From assembly GCA_028534125.1 (NCBI GenBank), contig CM052851.1, positions 248,001-312,000 of the forward strand: DNA of 64,000 nucleotides, written 5' to 3'. The DNA is from Lama glama. Its lineage: Eukaryota. Positions 12,426 through 22,330 of this stretch are shown one piece after another. Numbering within the stretch: position 1 is the stretch's first letter; each line of letters opens with the position of its first letter. Both the position numbers and the translations under genes were made by a program. The notes under the pieces were generated by a model. That model was not told the origin of the DNA. It searched no databases and was given only the letters and a program-made list of their open reading frames with translations.

Positions 12426-15094
12426 CTTTCCTAAGTGTCTCCTCTCTCACTCGACTGGCCTCTTCCCTAGTGTCCACGGCCTTCCCCAGTTATGGTGGTG
12501 TGATTCTCCGAAGCCATTAAACGAGTCCCCCATCCTGCAAAACAGCCAGCAGTTTAAAATGGAGTCACCCGTTGGAACAGAGCCCCATCCACTTGTCTAC
12601 ATACCCGATGGACTGCCTTCTAGGATAACAGGTCGAACACAACGCCCACCTAGCCCATAACAGGAGACCTCCCAGACTCTCTGGCCAGGTTTGCAGGTGC
12701 CGGGGGCGGCGGGGCCCCTCACACTCGTCCTCACACCCTGGGCTCCTGTCTCTGTGAGGCCGGCAGCATGGTGGCCCTAGGGTGGTGGACGTTTCGGGTG
12801 GTGGCTCCGGGCCCCGAGGGCAGGTGGCGCTGAGTCACCAGGGCCTGGCCTCAGAGCTCCAGTGACACAGCCGCACTCCTTGGGCCAAGGTTGTGACAGG
12901 GGCACCCAGCTTCGGGGGTGAGCAGGGGCCGCTCAGCCAGGTGTCTCCCGGTGAGAGGACGGTGCGGGCCGAGGGGTGGCCACCTCGGGACGCACGGCCC
13001 GCGCCTGCCTTGCTGTTCTCCGCGCCGGCCGTCGCCGGGCCCTCTCCTCTCCGAGGCTTGGGGCTTTGGAGAGCACTTCCTGGTGCTGACGGAGGCCTGG
13101 CTGCTACCTGGGCCTTTTGCTGCAAAATGGGAGCTGGTGGTGTTAGCCAGGCTGCCAGCTCTCCCAGCGTGGCCCTGCTGTGAGTGAACTCAAGGAGCCA
13201 GGAAAGGCCCCTCACAGCTCAAGGACGCCTCTTGACAGCTCTGCAGTCAGGGGCGGAGACAGCGCCGCCCACAACCGCCTCCTGCCTCCCAACTCCTGCC
13301 TGGGCAGTGAGGATGGGTGCTCACCCTTGCCTCATGGGTGCTGGGGCCTCGGATGCTGAGGCTGGGCAGCTGCTCCTCCCTGGAAGGCAGGAGACGCAGA
13401 GCCGCGAGAACCTGCACCAGGCCAGCTGCCCCAAAGGCCCAGGCCCACCCCCATCACCCCCAAGATCTCATCCCCAGAGACTCCACGGGAATGGCTGACC
13501 CTAGGAGGGTGTTGGTGGCCGGGCAGAGGGCTGACACAGCCCGGCTGGAGGCGGGATCCTCTGCGGGAGCTGAGATGCCTGGTGCTGGCTCAGGAGGGGC
13601 TGCGGTCCCACAGCAGCCCCCTCAAGAGGCGCCCCCTCCTGCTGATGCAGGTCACCCCACTTTGCCCCTCCCCTTCCCCTCGTCTGCCTGAGAGCCCAGG
13701 TGTCTCAGGTGAGTTGTTCCCCGAGGCCTTGCCCTGTTCCGGGCTGCCCTCCCACAGCAGTTCAGCCCCGCTGCAGGCCAGCTCCGACTAGGTACACACA
13801 AGGGTCATCTGGTCCCCGCTGTCCCCCACCGGGCCTGGCCTCCTCTCCCAAATCTCCTCCCCGCACCAGACCCTGGGGCAGGTCATCTTCGGCTGCAAAC
13901 TCCACCTGCCTCCCTCACCGTCCCTGAGCTTCTGAGGCCGGGTCCTACCTGTCCAGCACCCTTGACAGTCCCTCCAGCGCCTGAGGCGCACCTGTCACTG
14001 CCCCTCGTGCCCGTCCCCCAAGGGTGCACGCCTGGGCCCCTGGAGCCCTCGGAGACCTGTGTCCAGGTGCCATCACCCTGTGGCCACCTGCTGTAGAGCC
14101 ACTGCTGACCAGATGCCCCGGCCCCTCCCCCAGGCAGGCGTGGAGACCATGTGGCTGAGGCCCAGGCCTGCACCAGCGCCCAGCTCTGCCCCTGCCACGT
14201 CCCCCAGTTCCCTCAGCTCAAGCCTGGTGCAGACTCTGACCCGCGGTGGCCACCAGGGCCCAAGGCCCTGTGCTGGGGAGATGGGTCCTGCCTCCAGAGA
14301 CTTGTTTCTGCCAGTGGAAATCGTCCCCAAGATGAGCTGCAGGGCTGTCCAGATGACTCACCACAACAAACTTGGATGGTCGGTGACTCTGTGGAGCCAG
14401 AGGTCAGCATCTTCCCATGGGTCCACTGGGGGGCCTCGTGGTGAGGGCAAGCCTGGAGCCCCAGGTGTGGAGGAGGAGGGGCAGGGTGGCTCCTCCCTCC
14501 CTGCAGCTGAGGAAGCCCAGCACCTTCTGAAGGTCGCCCAGCTCCAAACTGGCCCCCCTCACCTGCTCCTGCTGCCTGAGAGCCCCACCTGCACTGCTGC
14601 TTCCCACCGGGGACGTACCCACTTCCCCTGGCTCTGACCCCGGAAGGGCCTCACCTGCATCTGGCGTATCTGGCTGTTACTTCTGCCCATTCTGACACCA
14701 GGATGGTCTCCAGCTTCTCCAGGTCCGATGCTGCAAGACAACAAACTCCAAAGACGCCACCGCGTTGAAGAGCGCCAGAGAGCCAACAGTGTGGAGTTGG
14801 CGCCGTGGAGGCAACTCGGCAGTCGGTCTGGTTGGAGAGGAAGATGGCGCTGGGGTGGCCGACATCCAGGGCAGGTGGGTCGAGGCTCACGCTCCCCTCC
14901 GCTCACAGACCGCTCCCTGCCGCCTCGAAGCTCTGCCCCGGGGGGTGGGGGAGGCTGTGGGGAGCCAGGAGCGAGGAGTGGGCTGGAAGCCCAGGCCGAC
15001 TGCTGAGCTGGAGCACTGAGACAAGGAGAGGCGGTTGCCGGTTGGTCCGGGGCTGCAGCAGGGTCAGCGGGGGTCCCATCCGGCCCGGGCATCG

Positions 15095-16028
15095 AAAGGA
15101 AAAAGAGAATCAGCTGGTCTTTATCAAAATTAAAAACTTCTGTGCCTCAAATGACACCATCAAGAAAGTGAAAAGACCACCGTCACTGTGCATAAAAACG
15201 TTCGCAGACCCCCTACCTGGTGAGGTTACAGTGTGTGTAACAACTCAGCACTCAGCCATCAGAAGACTGACAGCCCTTGGAGAAAACGAACAAAGGGCTC
15301 GGACAGACATCTCTCCCAAGTCCACTCGACTGCAGAGAACAAGGCACACAGGCACAGACGCTCGACGTCAGTGGCCGTCAGGAGAACCATTGGGGGACAG
15401 GGCGTCTCGCCCACTGGAGTTGGCTACCACCAGCAGAACGAGGATGGGGAGACACTGGGGCCTCCTGTGTTGCCGGCAGGATTGTAATGTGGTGCAGCTG
15501 CCGTGGACAGTTTGGTAGTTTCTCCAAAAGGTAAAGGTGGAGTCACCTTATGACCCAACAAGTCCGTGTTAGGTGTGTCCCCAAAGAGGTGAAGACAGGC
15601 ACTCAGACACCTGTGCAGACACGTGCACAGGGAAACACTCACACAGCGAAAAGCTGGCAACAATCCAGGGTCCCTGGACGGACGGACGGAAGAACAAGAC
15701 GTGGTCTGTCCCTGCAGGGGCACAGTCACCCATAGAGTGGGGACCGGACATGCAGGGACATCAGGCTGACGGAAGGAAACTGGACGCACGGACCACGGAC
15801 AAGTCCCTTGACGTGAAATGTGCAGAGACAGGAAGTGGGTCAGTGGGCGCCAGGGGCCGGGGGTGCCGGCTGGGGGCCTCTCTGCCGGTGATCAGAGGCT
15901 CTTCCTCGGGGCAGTGAACTGTGGAAACAGCGGTGACGGTCGCAGAGCTCCACCAACACTCTGAAAACCGCTGAAAAGTAAACCTTAACAGCTACATTTG
16001 ATGATGCGTGGATCTAAGAAAAGCAGCT
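15095..16028 (+). mobile_element. Old L1 (L1MB-like) ORF2 3' end and 3'UTR
   Basis: atcaaaattaaaaacttctgtgcctcaaatgacaccatcaagaaagtgaaaagac...tggacagtttggtagtttctccaaaaggtaaa...ccttatgaccca; typical L1 3' region. Confidence 0.8.
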
Positions 16029-16689
16029 CTCTTAGCCAGAGTCCCCACCGGCTCAGCCCCAGGAGACCCTGGAGGCGCCAGCTGAGAAACTGCATGGATT
16101 AGAACCACCCCAGGCGCTCCCAGGATGGACACACCTTGGCTCCTGCCCACTGAGCTCTTCCTGGGCCTGTGGGCCCCCAGGGACACCCAACGCGGGGGTT
16201 CAGGGTTCCGGAACGGGGGTCCCCAGGCCACGGTGCTCGTGTCTGCTCCATTCGACCTCACTCTTAACTGGCGGTGGCTGTGAAATCAGCTCAGGGAATG
16301 GCCGAGCAAGAGGGGCTGGCCTGGGGAAAGGATGGCAAGTTTGAACTCAGGCAGTGTCTATGCTGAGAGACCATCTCCCGCCCACAGCTCTGACCGCGGC
16401 GGAGGGCAAAGGCCTCATTGTGCCCATTCAGGGACCAGCCACGTGAGTCCCCGGAGGACACACAGAAGGCGCGGTCGCTCAGGGCCACGCCTGGGAGATG
16501 GGGCGGGTGACACATCTAGAGAACTGGGGGCCGGCGCTGCACTAAGGGAGGCGACAGGGAAAATGCCCTCACCTGGCCAGGTGTCCCTGAACGTTGGGCA
16601 GGTCGGACGGGACACGTCTGGAATCTAGCTCACACAGCACAGGGCCTGGAGGTGAGCAGCAGCTCTGGAGGGCTCCCTAGGCCCTGCCC

Positions 16690-17150
16690 TCATCCTCCCC
16701 TCCCTCCTAGGTCCTCCTCTCCCTTCTCCACCCCATCTCTCCCTCAGCTCCATCCTCCCCTCTGACCGACTAGTCTATCACTTGTCCAGCCTTCATCCCT
16801 CCTCCGGCCTCTCCACCGTCCTCCTCCAGCCCTCTGGCCCCCAAGTCCCTGTCCTCCTTCCCTGCATTGGAACCGCCATGATCTTCCCCTGCCTCCCCTC
16901 CTCCTCCATCTGCTCATCCCCTGTAGCTCCGTCCACCTTGCCTCCCCCTTTTTCCCCTCCATCCATCTCCTCCAGTCTCTCCTCCTCCCCATCACCTTGC
17001 CTCCTCCCTCCCCACTCCCACGTCCGTCTCTCCTCCTGTGTCGTCCAGGTCCCCTCCCCCGGCCTCCATCTATCTCCTCCTCCTGCTCCTCCACGTCTCA
17101 CTCATCCTCCACCCGTTCCTGCATCCTCTGCTCCCTCCTCCTCTTCTGCA
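16690..17150. repeat. CT-rich low-complexity polypyrimidine tract
   Basis: About 460 nt dominated by CCT/CTC/CCATC units. Confidence 0.8.
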
Positions 17151-17939
17151 TAATATACTGATGCTCTGTTTTGGGACTCCTCACAGGGGACATGGCACCT
17201 CCATCACAGGCCTCACCCACAGAGCTAGGAGGCGGCTGCGAGAGCCTAGCTCAGGGACAGTGTTAGGGATCAGCCTCGTCGAGGCGAGAGCCCAGGGAGG
17301 TCCAAGTCAGCCCCGAATGGTGTCTGTCCATCAGGGTTTCATAAGGAAGGAGGGGCAGGTCATGGTCACCTCTAGGACTTCTCGCTCCTGGACCAGCAGC
17401 ACCATCCAGGATGGGAGCAGGGGTCGCGTCCGATGGGTGGAACCAGGGCAGGTGAACGTCATAGCGGGTCAGAGACCACGAGGGCGTGAAATGCCTACAG
17501 ACACGAAGCAGAGTGGGTACCGGGCAGAGGGCAGAAGTGGAGGGCCATTGCCACTCCCACCCAGGATGGATCCGGGACAAGGTCTCCACTAATAACCCTG
17601 AGGTCAAGGGCCCAGTTGGAGGGTCCTGTCACCACACAGGGGATGCTGAGGAAGGACACGGAAGCCCGGCCTGCACCCGTCCCTGTAGGACCAGCCAGTC
17701 CCCTGACCTGGACCGGCTTTCTTTCGCTCCTCACCCCCGAGCGTAGTGGTGCCGGCAGGACACTGACATCAGGCCTAAGCCTTTGGGGTTTGACTTAATG
17801 AGTACAGCCATTTCCCACACTGGCCTCACCCAGATCTCCGAGGTTCCCTGGGTCCATGGGCAGTACTAGGGGCCCACTTGAGTGCAACCCATACGGGGAC
17901 CACACCCTGTCCCTATACAGGATGTCTGGGCTGGCCTGG

Positions 17940-18135
17940 ACTGTCCTCCCCCCACCCGCCTCCTCCATCTGCCTCTTCCATCTGCCACCTCCATCTCCAG
18001 GTCCTCCTCCTGGTCCTGCCCTTCTCCTCCTCCTCCATCCCCTGCATCCATCTTTCCTCCCATATCAATCTCTTTTCTTTCTCCATCTTCCACGTAAGCC
18101 TTCCCTTCTTCCTGCAGCTCCCTCTCCCTCCTCCT
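17940..18135. repeat. Second CT-rich low-complexity tract
   Basis: cctcctccatctgcctcttccatctgccacctccatctcc...; resembles 16690-17150. Confidence 0.75.
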
Positions 18136-20569
18136 ACAACAGCCAAGATGTCTAAGCGGGTGGGTTGTAGAAGGGCAGGCGAGAGTCAGAGCAGGTCAGA
18201 TACCATGAGACATGAAGCAGAGTGGGTGCCAGGCCGCGAGTGGAACTGTGGGGTCCCTGCCATTCTAAGGCACTATGAGGCTCCAGTCAGCGATTGGTCA
18301 GCTCTGAGCCCTTTGGCTGGAAGGTCTAGCACCGCAGGGGGAGGGCCTGTCACCACGAGTGTCCACAGGAGGCCGGTCCCTCTCCCAGCAGCCCTCAGCC
18401 CATCGTCATGGCTTCAGGACTCCCACCCTCACCGGTGCTTTGTGTTCCACAGGTGTGCACGGGACCTCCCCACGGTTTCACTGGGCGTTACTCACTTACC
18501 AGTAGATGAGAAACCTTCCTCTCCCACCTCGAGCGTGTGTCCTGTTGAATGGCTGTGTCACCTGGGTTTTAAGGACTCATCATGGCTTATATTCAAATTC
18601 TTTTGGATGGGCACTCATGTTTTTCTGCTTTGGCAAATTTGGAAGATCCCACGGAGGGTTGTTAACGCACTTTGTTCCCAAATGCAAGCATGCTGTTGGT
18701 CGCCTGTGTGCAACCGAGCTCTTACAGAGCGTGTCTAAGGCGGCCACGGACCCCCAGCCAGACTCTCTGAGATTTCCTGACCTTCACGAGCGGCCACGGC
18801 CCTGATTGGGGCCGAGGCGGGAGGTGCTTGGTGACATTGCTCTCGGTTACACTCTGCATGTCTGTTGGGAGCCGGGCAAGTAAGCACGCTTCATCGCTTC
18901 ATCGCTGCTTCCTTTTCATTGTGAACTGTCTCTTCACGCCACTTCCCTTTTTTTTTGCCTTGTAAAAACCCGAGCTGTAGAAACTACTCACCGTGAAGAC
19001 AGCCAGCAGAGCAAACAACCTCCCGCCGTTCACGTTTCCCTTGCCTTTGATTAGGGGCCCCCCTCGCGGAGACCTGGCTGCTCTGGGGCCGCATCCGCCC
19101 CTTCCTACGTGCCCTCCAGGATTCTGTCTCCTTACAAAGGTCTGCCTTCCTTCCTGCGGCAGTGCCACAGCAGGCGCGTCTTGGGGGCTGGTAGGGTGAG
19201 CTCTCTCCCTCAGCACTTTCCCAGGCTCTTCCCAGGTGATCTTGCTGACTTTCTGTCCCCATGAATGTCCACATTGGAGGGTCACGGTCCCGAGATGGCT
19301 GGCACCACATTTTCCCTGGGCTCCCCTGTGTCGTGATGCGGGGAGAGGCTCATCCCAACAGGGTGACCTCACGTCCAGTTGGGGGACCGGCCTGGGTCCT
19401 CACCCCCTCTCGGCATGGACACGGACGGTGGTACGGGAGTCAGCAGGCTGGGGACAAGGTCAGGTTCTTGCCCCTCCCTGGCCCCCTGAGACTCAAGGCC
19501 CCCACTGTCCCGCTCCAGTTTTCTGTTGAGCGCTCCTCGCCGGGAACCTTACTGATTCCCACTGCTTCCTGAAGTGCACGTGGGCACTGTGGCGTCTGGT
19601 CTGGTCTCTGGGCCCTGGATAGCTCTTGGACATGTAGCAGAAGCCCCGAAGGACCTTGAGTTTAAGATGCATGCCTGGAAATCATCCTGGTGCGTCTGGG
19701 GCAGGGAAGACCTGAGCTCAACTCGGGTGCTCAGGCCCTGCCCCTGCCAGTTCCAGGTGACAGTGGCCTCGGCCGCAGACCGCCTCCTCCAGCCGACTCA
19801 GGGACTGAGCCTCTCCCCAGGGTCCGGCAGGCAGCGTCCACGAAGATCGCAGGGGCCTGCGGGGTCAAGCCGCAGTGACAGGACAGTGACGGGAGACCAG
19901 AGCTGGGCCAGGCTGCGCAGAGGGACTGCAGACACCCCAGACGCTCAGGTGCCCTCGGGCTGAGCGGCAGACGAGCAGCCCGCCCACCTCACGGCTCATG
20001 GGGGTCCTCACAGTTGCCGGAGCAGCCTCTCCCTGGGACCCTCGTTGGCTGGTGGAGGGGCTCCTTCTTGGGCCCCTGGTTGGCATCTGATGCTCACATA
20101 GTTCAGACACGGGGATGAAGGCTGGAGCGGGTGGGGGCTTCCCCAGACGCGGGCCCAGAGGACTCCCGGGCCTGGGACCTCCAGGCTCCAGCCCCACCTG
20201 GGTTCTGCTGAGAAGCTGCCTCCCTGGACTGACCACAGGTCTTTAAGGCTGAGGGGAGGCATCCCCGGTTCAGCGGGGCTGCCTGAGGGGACAAAAGCCC
20301 CCAAGGAGAAGGTCCAGGAGCTGCAGAGGGGCAGAGCTAAGAGGGGAGGGGGCAGCATGACAGCCAAGCTTCCTGGAGTTTCAGGGCATCACTGAAAAAG
20401 GCTCAACAGCAGAGGGTAGAACGGTGGGTCCCAGGGGCGGGGCTTGTAGTCCACCAGGTGCAAACAGTCCAGGTGTGCAGGAAGGTCCGTGCCAGAGATG
20501 CCCGTGGCTAACAGCACTGGGCTGCGCTCACAAGGCGGTAGGAGGGGAGCTCTCACGTGTTCCTGCCTC

Positions 20570-21190
20570 AGTAAAAAGAAAAGCCAGGCGAACACGATGC
20601 AAAGGAAGACAGCGAAGAGAAACCCAAGCACATCAGTAGCTGCAGTAACTGTGAAGGGACCAGACTTACCGGCTCCAAGTCATGGTTTTAAGTGCAAGTG
20701 AGTGAGCTCTGCCTGCAGCAGCTGTGACAAGGCCGTCTCAGTGTCGGACGGGCAGCGGCACCGGAGGGGTGCTGGCCAGGGAAGCCGGAGGCAGGCGTGG
20801 GGCAGCAGCCCTGGGGACCCGGCTGTCAGGGATGCCGGCCCTGGGAAGCGACAGGACTCAAAGGACCGACACGCAAACCGGCAGAGCCTGAGTGGGGTGC
20901 GATGCACCTCCGTCCTGCACGTTGGAACCAGCGAGGGGTACAGAGGTGCGTGGTTCACAGACGTCCCCACGAATGCTGATGGGCCGAGTGGGGCTCACAC
21001 ACGGACGCTCTGCCCGCTCATTAGAGGCCGTGCAGGCTTTTCAGGCACATGTGCCGCCGGCAGGAAGACCGACCGTATCCTGGGGAGAAAGCAAATCTCA
21101 ACGAACACTCGAGAATCAGTATCATGAGGGAATGCTTTCTGATAACAGTCCATTAAGGTCAGAATCAACTATGAAAAAGTCCTTGAAAAC
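20570..21190 (+). mobile_element. Degenerate L1 ORF2 endonuclease-region fragment
   Basis: gaccgtatcctggggagaaagcaaatctcaac...atgctttctgataacagtccattaaggtcagaatcaac resembles the DHILG..SDHN..KLEIN segment of L1 ORF2. Confidence 0.55.
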
Positions 21191-21959
21191 TCCAGGGAGT
21201 CAAGCCCCTTCCCCTCCAGGGGCCGCGTCCAGGATGTGCCCAGACGTGCACCACGGCCTCTCCCTGCAGGCCTCAGCAGCAGGCTTGGTGAGGCTAATGT
21301 CCTGGGGGTGCAGGGCCTGCCTGGGGGCATTGGGAGGGCAGAGGTCAAGAGAAGAGCAGGGAGCCTGAGCCTGCGATCGGTCGGCCCCACTCTGTGACCT
21401 CGGGTGCTCCCGGGCTGAGGGGCAGTGCCGGTCCCAGGGCGGCCCCTGCGCTCCGCTGGGCCCCTCAGTGTTCTGCACGTGGACACAGAGGCCTGCGGCT
21501 CAGACCTGCAGCTCAAACCCCTGCTGGGCTCCCAGCTCAGCTTGAGGCCTCTGAAGCCCGGAGAGCCGTGGGGCCTTGTGGCCAGGCTGCCCAGGGACCA
21601 GGGGAGTAGCTCCTCCTATGTGAACCCCTCAGTCCTTCAAGGGGTGAAGTGAGGGGCTCAATGCACACATCTGCTGTCATGTCAGGCTTTGGCAGGGAAG
21701 GCCAGCGAGTTGGTTCTCCCAAGGTGTCTCAAAGCCTGGCCAGCCCAACCCAGGAAGTAGATGGACTGGGTGAAGGAAGGCACTGTTGGTTTGGACCCTT
21801 CCCTGGGAAGGGGGTAGGGGTAGGTGGCATCCTCGTCCAGCCCCATGTGTAGTCTGAAGGCACTCCAGAGGGCTTCCTGGAGGAGGTGGCCTTGTGGTGC
21901 TGGGCAGCAGGGCTGTTGTAACCAGGAGGCACCCTGCTTCATGGGCCTGTGACCTTAAC

Positions 21960-22330
21960 AAAGGGTTATGAAAATGCATGGGTGTGTTTTCTGATATTCA
22001 AGGGGAAAACTGCAGAATTAAAACTTCAGAACATGTTGAAAATGAGTGTGTACCCAAAGTCCACAAATGGAACCACAGTGCTCTCTGGTGCATGGCCAGC
22101 ACCCAGAACACAGTGACTCCCCATGAGACGCCCTCAGTAAACCCTTGTGATGATGAAAGAAATGCAGTCATTTGGAAACAAAGACTCTCCTCTAGATGGT
22201 TCAGCGACCAAAGAAGAAACCTAACTGGAAACTAGAAACACTCAGAAATGACAACACTGACAAGCACGTGGGACGCGGCCACAGTGTATTTCAGAAGAAC
22301 CTGGTGTCTGAATGTGATTCACCAGAGCAG
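21960..22330 (+). mobile_element. Degenerate L1 ORF2 fragment
   Basis: A-rich island in GC-rich DNA with L1-like remnants (aaaagactctcctctagatggttca); boundaries approximate. Confidence 0.4.

Larger units (their letters stand above)
7684..14730 (-). pseudogene. Unprocessed USP6NL/TBC1D3-family (TBC Rab-GAP) pseudogene; exon remnants 14655-14730, 14362-~14451, 13325-13379, ~11240-11284, 10363-10485, 9606-9698, 9383-9448, 9046-9136, 8627-8778, 7684-8375
   Basis: Colinear exons translate to LETILVSEWAEVTARY / VDPWEDADLWLHRVTD / EEQLPS..EAR / LSHVLAAYSVHNT / EVSYRQG..FLSEEDAFWALAQL / GFFIPGSPKLLRFQAHHE / DKEQMSTGIHTTKWFLQCFTDR / KLWDTYILDSEHVLMAM / QLQASMAELRRMKCDLP / GFPTRPLG, matching USP6NL in order. 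Disabled by frameshifts (about 10373, 9645, 8630) and dead donors (atgagt at 9604-9605; acgagc at about 11238). Confidence 0.88.

Noticed and set aside
12430-12690. LTR-like stretch containing aaaatggagtcac
   Set aside because: Resembles an ERV LTR motif, but I cannot define its ends or family without a repeat search.
16744-17101. Glu/Gly/Arg-rich minus-strand ORFs
   Set aside because: Translation of a low-complexity purine tract with no convincing splice or start context.
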